Notes: a model not told the origin generated them from the sequence alone. A stretch of 30,477 nt of DNA from a virus (IMGVR_UViG_3300020524_000002:1-30477); one strand, 5' to 3'. Numbered from the stretch's first letter, positions 16,335-24,111 are shown. Numbers and translations: made by a program.

Positions 16335-17117
16335 TTATTTGTTTTTTGTTAAATAATTCAGGTACATAATCACTTTCATTTCCCGTGCAATACTGTTCGT
16401 ATACTGCTCCTTTAGTCGTGGGTTGGCTTGAATCCGTTGAAGCTTTGTCTTGCCGATTTCTTGTTGATCGTGAACGAGTCGTTTCGCCCTCTGCTTAAAA
16501 CTCAACCACTCGTCATCCGTCCAATAGTCATCGGTCACTAGACCACTTTTGTACAAGTTCTCTAACATCACAAACCCCATTAATTCAGCAGCCATATAGT
16601 TACCTAGCTTCGCATTCTCGATATCTTTATTTAACGAATCATTAAACCAATTCAATGACTCGTTAGCTGATTCTAACTGTCGTGCAGGTTCGATGTAGTT
16701 GACATTGACTTCATTCCATTTCTTCATCGCGTCCATTCTCAACTGGTAGTATTCGCTCAACACACTACCGACATAGGTCGCGTCAAATGATTTGAATGAT
16801 GTCAACTTGTTCGCCAACTTACTAGCTGCATTGAACTCAAAGGCTAACTTGAAATCAACCGTTGTACACCAACTAAAGTTATCAGAGACAAACGAGTGAA
16901 GTTGTTGTATTGGTTCGATTCTGTCGGGCTGCGGTATGCCGTGAAAAACAAGCTGAGCGTAGTATTCAACCGCGAAGTCCTTACCACTAATCAATGCGAT
17001 TAGTGGTGCTTCTTTTGCAGCGATTATCTTCCTGAAGTCAACGTTAGCGACCTTAGTCAAATTGGCTAAGGAGTGATTGAAGCCCCTCGCTACTTGTGCC
17101 TTTTCCAAATGATCCAT
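16335..17117 (-). CDS. Hypothetical protein, possible helicase-loader position
   Basis: Directly downstream of and overlapping the replication-protein-like gene, as in lambda O/P-type pairs. Function inferred from position only. Confidence 0.55.
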   Translation of the reverse strand: MDHLEKAQVARGFNHSLANLTKVANVDFRKIIAAKEAPLIALISGKDFAVEYYAQLVFHGIPQPDRIEPIQQLHSFVSDNFSWCTTVDFKLAFEFNAASKLANKLTSFKSFDATYVGSVLSEYYQLRMDAMKKWNEVNVNYIEPARQLESANESLNWFNDSLNKDIENAKLGNYMAAELMGFVMLENLYKSGLVTDDYWTDDEWLSFKQRAKRLVHDQQEIGKTKLQRIQANPRLKEQYTNSIAREMKVIMYLNYLTKNK

Positions 17118-17442
17118 TGTTAATTGTTTTAGTGGTTACAAATTTACTCATATCCCAAGCAGCTACCGCAGCTCGTCTCCAGTCTTTCAATTTCTTATTG
17201 CCATACTTCCAATCCTTCAACTCGTAGTGGGCGATGAACTTGGATGCGAATGTAATGCCGTCTGATTGACTGCCGCCCGTCTTAGATTGAAAGAATGAAA
17301 CCACATCTTCCATTGAAGGGGCAACGAACTCGCCTACTATGTGCTTGTGGTATTCATTCATTAGTTTGATGCACTCGTCTGGAGAGATGCAATCTTGATA
17401 GGTTGCTTTTGCGTTTTTGTAAAAGAAGTCTTTTGCCGTCAT
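17053..17442 (-). CDS. Replication-initiator C-terminal-like domain protein
   Basis: F.APS.EDV..F ... KF..HY....W..G.KK.KDW..A...W resembles the C-terminal domain of phage replisome organisers. Confidence 0.6.
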   Translation of the reverse strand: MTAKDFFYKNAKATYQDCISPDECIKLMNEYHKHIVGEFVAPSMEDVVSFFQSKTGGSQSDGITFASKFIAHYELKDWKYGNKKLKDWRRAAVAAWDMSKFVTTKTINNGSFGKGTSSEGLQSLLSQFD

Positions 17443-17479
17443 TGTGTTGTGTTTTTATAGTTGTTGATGTTTTATTACG

Positions 17480-17890
17480 TCAGAGTTCTCCAGTAAATAA
17501 AATTTTAAATCGTTTCAACAAACCAATCTTTGGCTTTGGATTGCAAAATTTTACGTTTGATACTCGAATCTTTGGCTCTGAAAAAACAATAGGTATTTGT
17601 TTATCTGTTGGTTTGTTTCCTGATGCTTTAACATCCTTGTAATGCTCCTTAATTAGCTCAACACACTTATCTACTCTGCTATCGTGCAGCCTAACAATGC
17701 CGCGATAGTACCCTTGTGAATCTTTGTAAACAACGCCTGATTGAACTAGTATTTTAGTCAACCAATGACCAATCTTGACATCCCCTAAAGCTTCATTAAG
17801 TGATGTATAATTTCTTGAATTGAGCGTCTTGATTAAGTGCATTAATCGTTTACGCAGCACTTCTTTGTCCTTAGTTAATTTTTGTCTCAT
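17480..17890 (-). CDS. Hypothetical basic protein (possible winged helix)
   Basis: Likely start 17890 (MRQKLTKDK) in an AAAAACACAATG context; L...GVV.K...G.Y pattern. Confidence 0.65.
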   Translation of the reverse strand: MRQKLTKDKEVLRKRLMHLIKTLNSRNYTSLNEALGDVKIGHWLTKILVQSGVVYKDSQGYYRGIVRLHDSRVDKCVELIKEHYKDVKASGNKPTDKQIPIVFSEPKIRVSNVKFCNPKPKIGLLKRFKILFTGEL

Positions 17891-17903
17891 TGTGTTTTTA
17901 TTT

Positions 17904-18068
17904 TTATCGTTTTGGAAATTCTGCAATCTTTATAATGTAGTCCTCACCTAGTCCATACTTTTCACAGACCTCAGTAATAAGTTCAGCAGACGGATGAAGC
18001 TTTCCGATTTCCTTTCGGTCAAGAATTTCTTTGATGCAGCATTGTACTGCCAGTGTGTGTTGTTTCAT
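17904..18068 (-). CDS. Small hypothetical protein (54 aa, absent from the ORF track)
   Basis: Manually translated MKQHTLAVQCCIKEILDRKEIGKLHPSAELITEVCEKYGLGEDYIIKIAEFPKR; fills the operon gap. Confidence 0.7.
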   Translation of the reverse strand: MKQHTLAVQCCIKEILDRKEIGKLHPSAELITEVCEKYGLGEDYIIKIAEFPKR

Positions 18069-18079
18069 TGTTCGTGAAA

Positions 18080-18544
18080 TTATTTAGGTTGTTGCAGTGT
18101 TTGTGAAATCTTGGCTAAAGTAGTGAAGCCCCTCAGATTCAAATACTCATTCAAACTAATTAACATTTGGTTTAACTTTTTGTCATAACCTAGAGTATTA
18201 GCGCATCGTTTGGTCGCGTGTATCACAGATGCGTGGTGACGGTTAAATATCGCGGCTAATCTTGTTAAGGTCATTCGCTGCGAGAATTCCATTTGAATAC
18301 AGTAAAGGGCAATGTGTCTTATGTAAACGATGTCCTGCAACCTGCTCTTACTTTGGATTTCTTTCATTCCAATCGAGTGGTAGCATTGTGACCATTCGCA
18401 GATAGCGGAAATGAACTTGGATAGCTCGATATCGTCAACGGTTGAGTGGTCGCGTGACTTGTTCTGAGCGATAATTAACTCGATGAACTCTTGCTTATTC
18501 GCGTCCTTCACCATCGGTAGAAGTGTGTTTATGTCTATACTCAT
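18080..18544 (-). CDS. DnaA C-terminal (Bac_DnaA_C-like) HTH protein
   Basis: SKSR.QDIV..RHIA.Y ... TL..LA..FNRHHASVIHA matches the DnaA domain IV pattern; there is no AAA+ domain. Confidence 0.8.
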   Translation of the reverse strand: MSIDINTLLPMVKDANKQEFIELIIAQNKSRDHSTVDDIELSKFISAICEWSQCYHSIGMKEIQSKSRLQDIVYIRHIALYCIQMEFSQRMTLTRLAAIFNRHHASVIHATKRCANTLGYDKKLNQMLISLNEYLNLRGFTTLAKISQTLQQPK

Positions 18545-18761
18545 TTTGTATTAGTTGTATTAAGTCGTTAATGTTAGTGCCAGTGTGTGCAGCGACTTTC
18601 ATTATTTGAAGTGCTGACATCTGTTGGGGTTGATTCGCATAATGCGTGGCGGTGTTGCGGCAGACCTTAAGAAACGTGCCGAAGTTCGACACGCTCTTAA
18701 AATTCTGCTTCACGAACACCCTAAAATCAGAAAGGCAAATCTGAGTAGTCTTCTGTGTCAT
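18495..18761 (-). CDS. Small HTH (Cro/XRE-like) DNA-binding protein
   Basis: SVSNFGTFLKVCRNTATHY...P..MS..QI.KVA...G....DL has HTH-like spacing; start uncertain. Confidence 0.55.
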   Translation of the reverse strand: MTQKTTQICLSDFRVFVKQNFKSVSNFGTFLKVCRNTATHYANQPQQMSALQIMKVAAHTGTNINDLIQLIQNEYRHKHTSTDGEGRE

Positions 18762-19389
18762 TAGGTCGTGGGTCTTCTTGTGGTTTAATCGGTTGAACTG
18801 TTCTTGACTTCGCGGCTAACTCCGCCTGAATCTTTCCGTACTCTGGAGTAGCAGCCATTTGGTCTTGTAAGAACTTTGGTAGTTCATTAAACAATTCAAA
18901 GTTGAAGTTGTCATAACTCAATATCTTACTTGAATTGAATTGATCGGGACAAGTCATTCCTTTCATCACGGGCGCGATAGCTGCGATGTTCGAATAAGTC
19001 TTACCTTCCTTTTCGGTGTGAGTGACAGTTATCATTCCTGCCGCACCCAAAAGATTTGACACATCAAAGCGTTTTGCTTCATCTTCGGTAAATGTTTTAC
19101 CTCTCCAGTTCTCCAAGAATTTGCGAAGTCCTGCCTTCTCGTGCATTGAAAGTGTGAATGTCTTACTGATAGACATAGGCTGCTCACCGTTCTCAGGCTT
19201 AAAAGTTCTGAGTTCGTTTGGTAGTTCAAAGCTTAGACGAACTTTCTTGCTCACTTTACTTTGTCCTTCCCAAGTTTCTGCGACTGAACCGATTTCAATC
19301 ATTGAGTAGCATCTCGCCACTTGAAGTCCTGCAGGGATCAATTCTCTTTCGAAATTTCCACCGCCATTGTTTTCTGCTAAAATTGCCAT
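18727..19389 (-). CDS. Probable single-stranded DNA-binding protein
   Basis: Acidic C-terminal tip DTEDYSDLPF and a beta-rich N-terminus; lies in the replication/recombination module. Confidence 0.6.
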   Translation of the reverse strand: MAILAENNGGGNFERELIPAGLQVARCYSMIEIGSVAETWEGQSKVSKKVRLSFELPNELRTFKPENGEQPMSISKTFTLSMHEKAGLRKFLENWRGKTFTEDEAKRFDVSNLLGAAGMITVTHTEKEGKTYSNIAAIAPVMKGMTCPDQFNSSKILSYDNFNFELFNELPKFLQDQMAATPEYGKIQAELAAKSRTVQPIKPQEDPRPNDTEDYSDLPF

Positions 19390-19399
19390 TTTGATTTAT

Positions 19400-19783
19400 T
19401 TATTTAATTGTTACTGAAATAGTTGATTTTCCTTCTACTTTTTTCGCAGGTTCAATCTGCAATCCGTTCTCATCATAGAGTTCAGAGTTGACTGCTAACT
19501 GCGCGAGTTCCTGCATTGTCTTGAGTTTTGCTGACAAGTGATTCACTTGAATGCAGTTTGAATAGTCCCAACGCGATGCAGCATTCTTAAGTTCTACTTT
19601 CGCACCGAACTTGTCAAACGTGCGCTCACCGTATCTGGAAGCTTCATCCAGTGCGTACGGCTGCACGTTAGCTATCACAGAAGCAAGTGCCTTCTCTAGC
19701 TTCTTCAAGTTGATGTAGGCTTCAAGTGCGTTGGCATTGCCGTCAATCACTTGTTGTTGTAAGTCGAATAGTGTGTCTATCAT
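19400..19783 (-). CDS. Hypothetical protein
   Basis: 127-aa helical ORF with an ACACAATG start context. Confidence 0.75.
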   Translation of the reverse strand: MIDTLFDLQQQVIDGNANALEAYINLKKLEKALASVIANVQPYALDEASRYGERTFDKFGAKVELKNAASRWDYSNCIQVNHLSAKLKTMQELAQLAVNSELYDENGLQIEPAKKVEGKSTISVTIK

Positions 19784-19794
19784 TGTGTGTTTTA

Positions 19795-20034
19795 TTAAAG
19801 GTAAATAATTTGATTAGCTTGTTCTGAAAAGGCAGGTGAAAAGGTTAGTTCGCTGATATCTATTTCACCGTCTTCAACTGTGCCTGAGAATGTAATTACC
19901 CATCCGTTGTAATCTATCTGTTGGTCTTTTAAGTAGGTTACATCGTCTCCATAAGCTTCAGCGAAAATGTCGCGGATGCGTTTTGAAATTTCATGCATTT
20001 CTGCCTTGTTGATGTATGGCGTGAAGTCTATCAT
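19795..20034 (-). CDS. Hypothetical acidic protein
   Basis: 79 aa, coupled to the upstream ORF by an ATGA overlap. Confidence 0.7.
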   Translation of the reverse strand: MIDFTPYINKAEMHEISKRIRDIFAEAYGDDVTYLKDQQIDYNGWVITFSGTVEDGEIDISELTFSPAFSEQANQIIYL

Positions 20035-20186
20035 ATCTCTTTGAGTGTTTCGATTATTGATTTCTTTAATCTTTCGTATGGTGTTGACTTGGTAGTGGAA
20101 GCAATGTACTTGCTCTGCTCATTGTAGTTCAGTCTGTCAAGCGGCTCGGCTGAGGACTGGACACATATAAATTTTCGTTGTTTCAT
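20031..20186 (-). CDS. Small hypothetical protein (51 aa, absent from the ORF track)
   Basis: Manually translated MKQRKFICVQSSAEPLDRLNYNEQSKYIASTTKSTPYERLKKSIIETLKEI; ATGA overlaps at both ends. Confidence 0.75.
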   Translation of the reverse strand: MKQRKFICVQSSAEPLDRLNYNEQSKYIASTTKSTPYERLKKSIIETLKEI

Positions 20187-20530
20187 TTTTTTAGGTTGGC
20201 TTTAATTTGGTTATCAAGAAGTAGCATAGAGTCAGAAGCTAGGAATTGATCTACACCTGCTACCCAAACTTCAAATAGTCTGTCAAACTCTGAGGCATCC
20301 GAGTCAAGCGGACAACTGAACTGGCAAGATGCGTTAATGTCTCCGCCATCCAATAGCACTAAATGAATGGTGCAGGTGTATGGGTAGTTACCAAATGATA
20401 GGCTGCTAGATGCTTGTTTTGTGTTTATCCAACTAATTGTTTTAGTTGGGTTGCTCAATGGCTCATAAACTCTTACGTTGTCAAATACTCTTTGCGCAAG
20501 TGTGATGAAATGTTGAAATGGTGTGTTCAT
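20183..20530 (-). CDS. Hypothetical protein, first gene of the leftward operon
   Basis: 115 aa, starting about 40 nt downstream of a consensus promoter. Confidence 0.75.
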   Translation of the reverse strand: MNTPFQHFITLAQRVFDNVRVYEPLSNPTKTISWINTKQASSSLSFGNYPYTCTIHLVLLDGGDINASCQFSCPLDSDASEFDRLFEVWVAGVDQFLASDSMLLLDNQIKANLKK

Positions 20531-20553
20531 TGTCGTGTGTTTATTAATTTGTG

Positions 20554-20561
20554 TATCTTTG
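20554..20561 (+). promoter_or_regulatory. Putative rightward Bacteroidota promoter -7 element
   Basis: TATCTTTG matches TAnnTTTG; TTG at 20530-20532, 21 nt upstream. Confidence 0.55.
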
Positions 20562-20571
20562 TTTTGTTTGA

Positions 20572-20602
20572 CAAATGTACTACAACTTTCCGATTGCGCA
20601 AA
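20572..20602 (-). promoter_or_regulatory. Leftward Bacteroidota primary-sigma promoter
   Basis: The minus strand reads TTTG (20599-20602), 19 nt, TACATTTG (20572-20579): the full -33/-7 consensus with canonical spacing. Confidence 0.8.
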
Positions 20603-20651
20603 TATTTGAGCATAAAGAATTGTTAAAAAAAGTTAAAATCTGTATAACTGC

Positions 20652-21026
20652 TTGATACTAAATAAGAAAGCCATAGGAAAAAAAACTACTGAGTATGAAG
20701 ATTCGGTGCAAAAAGCCGTAATCAACTATCTTAAGTACGCTTATCCTACCGCCCTATACTGCGCTTCCGCAGGGGGTGTGAGGACTTCCTATAAACAAGC
20801 GGTTAAAATGAAGCAGACTGGATATGTCAAAGGCTTCCCCGACCTATTCATCTACGAGTCGCGTAATGGTTATAATGGTCTAGCCATCGAACTGAAGACA
20901 TTGAAAGGTGTTGCGTCACCCGAACAGAAAGAATGGAATAAGCGACTCATTGAACGAGGTTATTCTGCTCACATATGCAAAGGGTTTGACGCTGCCATTC
21001 AAGTGATAGATGCCTATCTAAAATGA
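20652..21026 (+). CDS. VRR-NUC domain nuclease (resolvase-like)
   Basis: E...Q, G..KGFPDL, IELK and S.EQK.W...L...GY PD-(D/E)xK motifs. Confidence 0.88.
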   Translation: MILNKKAIGKKTTEYEDSVQKAVINYLKYAYPTALYCASAGGVRTSYKQAVKMKQTGYVKGFPDLFIYESRNGYNGLAIELKTLKGVASPEQKEWNKRLIERGYSAHICKGFDAAIQVIDAYLK

Positions 21027-21517
21027 ATAATCTAACCATCATATACAATAGACTCAAATCATCTGCAAATCGGATGACTAAAAATAGTTATGATGGGGAT
21101 GAACTTTTGCATTTTACTATTGAGTACGCTCTCGACCACTCAATGAACAGAGTCGACGAATTATCGCCCGATCAATTATTCAGTTATTTAAATCGCGCTA
21201 TGTGGCTTGGATGGAATAGCAAGACATCAGCATTTCGCCAGGTGTATAAACTTGACACAGTTGAGTTCAGCGAGACATTAATCGAGTTTGAATCGTTTAA
21301 CCTGCACGATAGAATCAGAATCGAGAATGTTGACATCGCGCTTTCTCGCCTTCCAGACCACGAAAGAATTTTGTTTGAAGCTTATCTGGAAGATGACTTC
21401 AATTATAAAGAGTGGGCTGACATCGCAGGAGTAAGTGTAGAGTATATGTACAAGTACATTAACTATATCAAATCTAAAATTAAAAAGTATGTGGTTCGCA
21501 CCTGCAAAAACAATTGA
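21023..21517 (+). CDS. Sigma-70/ECF-like transcription factor
   Basis: Region-4-like C-terminus ALSRLPDHERILFEAY....NYKEWADIAGVS and region-2-like N-terminus (DELLH); 164 aa. Confidence 0.7.
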   Translation: MNNLTIIYNRLKSSANRMTKNSYDGDELLHFTIEYALDHSMNRVDELSPDQLFSYLNRAMWLGWNSKTSAFRQVYKLDTVEFSETLIEFESFNLHDRIRIENVDIALSRLPDHERILFEAYLEDDFNYKEWADIAGVSVEYMYKYINYIKSKIKKYVVRTCKNN

Positions 21518-21902
21518 GGAACGTAGGGCTATTTGTTCTGCGTGTAAGTTTAGCCAAAGAGAAGCAAAAGTCTTGTGGTGTGGTAAGCCATTAATCGGCG
21601 GCGAAGTGACCTACAAGAAAAAGAAGCACAAACTCTGTGGCTGCAATATGTTTCTCAAGACTGCCTTCAAGAATGTAAAGTGTCCACTTGACAAATGGAC
21701 TAGCGTAGGTAACCTAACACTTGACGAAAAGGATGAAATCAGAACATTCCTGAAAGACATCCATACCGACTACGTGTCGCAAGAGCAGTTGAAACAGTTG
21801 TATGATTATGCGTCGAAGGCTACTGGACACTATATTGAGCCAACTAAGTGTAGTCCTTGCATCAAAGACTTATTAACGAAATTGCGAAACGATATTGAAT
21901 GA
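21489..21902 (+). CDS. Cys-rich, probable zinc-binding protein
   Basis: R.AIC.AC, LCGC, CPL.KW and CSPC motifs. Confidence 0.75.
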   Translation: MWFAPAKTIEERRAICSACKFSQREAKVLWCGKPLIGGEVTYKKKKHKLCGCNMFLKTAFKNVKCPLDKWTSVGNLTLDEKDEIRTFLKDIHTDYVSQEQLKQLYDYASKATGHYIEPTKCSPCIKDLLTKLRNDIE

Positions 21903-21916
21903 GTAAAGATTCGATT

Positions 21917-21924
21917 TATTTTTG
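21917..21924 (+). promoter_or_regulatory. Putative -7 promoter element upstream of the structured RNA
   Basis: TATTTTTG matches TAnnTTTG; TTG at 21895-21897, 19 nt upstream. Confidence 0.55.
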
Positions 21925-21927
21925 TGA

Positions 21928-22038
21928 TGTATTAAAGCTAACCCTTCCAATGTCGGAATCCATTGAAAGGGTTAAGCAATCGAAAGTTGAAAGCTTTTGA
22001 CCTTAGCCCCTAGAGATTCCGCTAGGGGCTTTCTTTTT
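21928..22038 (+). ncRNA. Putative structured ncRNA with kissing loops
   Basis: Three hairpins (21939-21974, 21980-22000, 22005-22030); loop 1 CGGAATC is the exact reverse complement of loop 3 GATTCCG. Confidence 0.6.
22005..22038 (+). terminator. Rho-independent terminator-like hairpin
   Basis: AGCCCCTAG-AGATTCCG-CTAGGGGCT followed by TTCTTTTT. Confidence 0.75.
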
Positions 22039-22159
22039 GATAGATATAGAACAACAAAAGAAACATAAGCATACAAGTGATGATGGTATGCGCGAACATC
22101 GATACTTGCACAACACCAGTGCTTGGAACGAGCAACTTATGCATTGAAAACAAAGTTAG

Positions 22160-22242
22160 TTTTTTCTTAGGGGGACTTTTTTCTTTGTTTTCTTTCTTTC
22201 TTTTTTGTCCTTTTTTCTTTCTTTCTTTTCTTTCTTTTTGTT
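22160..22242. repeat. Polypyrimidine/polypurine low-complexity tract (TTTC-like units) with a G5 run
   Basis: About 65 nt of almost pure T/C on the + strand after TTAGGGGGAC; intergenic. Confidence 0.85.
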
Positions 22243-22303
22243 AAATAATCTACAACAGACAAACAATTTACTATAATTGTACTCACAATAACAAACACAA
22301 ACA

Positions 22304-23524
22304 ATGAATGTATTATCACTATTCGACGGAATGTCTTGCGGTCAACAGGCATTAGAACGTGCAGGTATTAAAGTAGACAACTACTATGCAAGTGAAATTG
22401 ATAAACACGCAATTTCAATTACTCAAAAGAATTATCCAAATACTATCCAGTTAGGATCAGTTGTTAATGTTGATATTAATAACCTGGAGAAAATTGATTT
22501 GCTTATTGGCGGCTCACCTTGTCAAAGTTTTTCTTTTGCCGGTAAGAGAAAAGGAATGAGTACAAAGGATGAGATTGAGATATTGACACTAGATCAATAC
22601 CTAGAGCTTAAAGAGCAAAATTTTGAGTTTGAAGGTCAGTCCTATTTGTTTTGGGAGTATATGAGGATTCTAACCGACATCCGAAAAACTAATCCTGATG
22701 TAAAGTTTCTTTTGGAGAATGTAATGATGGGCGAAAAGTGGGAGAAGGTATTGAGTAAGGCTATCGGTGTTAATGCAATCGAGTTTAATAGTTCATTGGT
22801 CAGCGCACAAAATAGACGGAGATTGTATTGGACAAACATCGGAATGAAGCCATCGGGACTTTTTGGAGACTTGGAGAGCGTAATTGTTCAGCCAAAGGAT
22901 CAATGCATTTTGCTTAAAGACATTCTTGAAAGTGAAGTTGATGAAAAGTATTTTTTAAGTGAGAAATTAATTAGTTCTTTTCAAATACACGAACAAAGAC
23001 ACAAAGAAAAAGGCACGGGTTTTTTTTGGAAGCCAACAGAGGGTGATGTAAAGGGGAATTGTTTAAGAGCAAATGGCGCATTAGCTCCAACCGATAACAT
23101 TATTATTCATAACCTAATGCAACGTTCATCGACAACTGGCAAAGGCGGAACAGGTCATTTAAGTAGAAATGATGGAAAGACTTACTGTCTTGATACAGGC
23201 AACACTAATGCAGTTGAAGTTAGAGAGGTTAGGCAGTTGAATAGAAATAATGAATCAAACAACAATACTCAACCATTTCAACAGAATAGAGTTTACGATA
23301 TTAATGGCATCTCACCAGCACTACAAGCTCAGTTGACAAAAGGAAGTACAATGATTAATACTCCGAGGATCCGCAGACTAACACCAACAGAATGTGAGAG
23401 GCTTCAAACGGTTAAAGATTCATACACGGAGGGCGTGAGCGATACGCAACGCTATCGAATGTTAGGCAACGGATGGACAGTTGAAGTTATTAAACACATT
23501 TTCAGTTACCTAAATAATAATTAA
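22304..23524 (+). CDS. DNA (cytosine-5)-methyltransferase
   Basis: Motif I LSLFDG, catalytic GGSPCQ, ENV, Q.R.R.YW, RRLTPTECERLQ and YRMLGNGW. Confidence 0.95.
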   Translation: MNVLSLFDGMSCGQQALERAGIKVDNYYASEIDKHAISITQKNYPNTIQLGSVVNVDINNLEKIDLLIGGSPCQSFSFAGKRKGMSTKDEIEILTLDQYLELKEQNFEFEGQSYLFWEYMRILTDIRKTNPDVKFLLENVMMGEKWEKVLSKAIGVNAIEFNSSLVSAQNRRRLYWTNIGMKPSGLFGDLESVIVQPKDQCILLKDILESEVDEKYFLSEKLISSFQIHEQRHKEKGTGFFWKPTEGDVKGNCLRANGALAPTDNIIIHNLMQRSSTTGKGGTGHLSRNDGKTYCLDTGNTNAVEVREVRQLNRNNESNNNTQPFQQNRVYDINGISPALQAQLTKGSTMINTPRIRRLTPTECERLQTVKDSYTEGVSDTQRYRMLGNGWTVEVIKHIFSYLNNN

Positions 23525-23525
23525 C

Positions 23526-23533
23526 TACATTTG
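23526..23533 (+). promoter_or_regulatory. Putative -7 promoter element (near-leaderless transcript)
   Basis: TACATTTG, identical to the leftward promoter element, ending 4 nt before ATG 23538. Confidence 0.5.
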
Positions 23534-23537
23534 TAAT

Positions 23538-23897
23538 ATGAATGAAGAAACAACACAATTAGAATTAACTCAGGAGCAGGTAGCAGACATCACTCTACAA
23601 GTGTCAGACTTCGAGATGAACGCACTGGCAAAGATTCTAAAGTCTAAAGACATTACTTTTAGAAGTGAAAGACAACTATCGGCATTTGTCCGCAAACGCC
23701 TATTTAAGACATCAGAAGGCAATACTATAACGTATCACTATACGGAACTTGGAAGTAAGAAAAAACGCTTCCTATTTCAAATAATCAAAACAATCACTAC
23801 CAATGAAGAAGGTAGCGCAATTCTTAATCTAAACATTGAACTCGATGAAAACAAAACTGTTAATCCTACTAGTGTCAATGACACTACTAGCTTGTAA
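23538..23897 (+). CDS. Hypothetical protein
   Basis: 119-aa ORF after a promoter-like element. Confidence 0.7.
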   Translation: MNEETTQLELTQEQVADITLQVSDFEMNALAKILKSKDITFRSERQLSAFVRKRLFKTSEGNTITYHYTELGSKKKRFLFQIIKTITTNEEGSAILNLNIELDENKTVNPTSVNDTTSL

Positions 23898-24111
23898 AAA
23901 AGAAGAACACGAATGTGAACAACTGCCAATGGTCAAGTGCTATTGCGGTGAGGTTGTTGAAATTGGTACAATACCAAACGAACTATTTAACAATCACTAT
24001 GTGATAGCTATTAACAACTGCACGGGCAGGGCAAGAACATTCTACAACTCTACGCCATTCTCTCCAGATATGAAGACTATCTGTTTGGGTGACACTTTAG
24101 ATGCTTGGTAA
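23845..24111 (+). CDS. Small Cys-rich lipoprotein
   Basis: MKTKLLILLVSMTLLA-C signal peptidase II lipobox followed by KKEE; likely start 23845. Confidence 0.8.
   Translation: MKTKLLILLVSMTLLACKKEEHECEQLPMVKCYCGEVVEIGTIPNELFNNHYVIAINNCTGRARTFYNSTPFSPDMKTICLGDTLDAW

Noticed and set aside
18080-18544. Calling this gene dnaA
   Set aside because: Only a domain IV-like HTH is present, with no AAA+ domain, and I saw no clear DnaA-box cluster.
21928-22038. tRNA gene
   Set aside because: No acceptor stem, TTC T-loop motif or cloverleaf geometry.
22167-22352. Lys/Arg-rich minus-strand ORF (61 aa)
   Set aside because: A by-product of the low-complexity tract that overlaps the methyltransferase start antisense.
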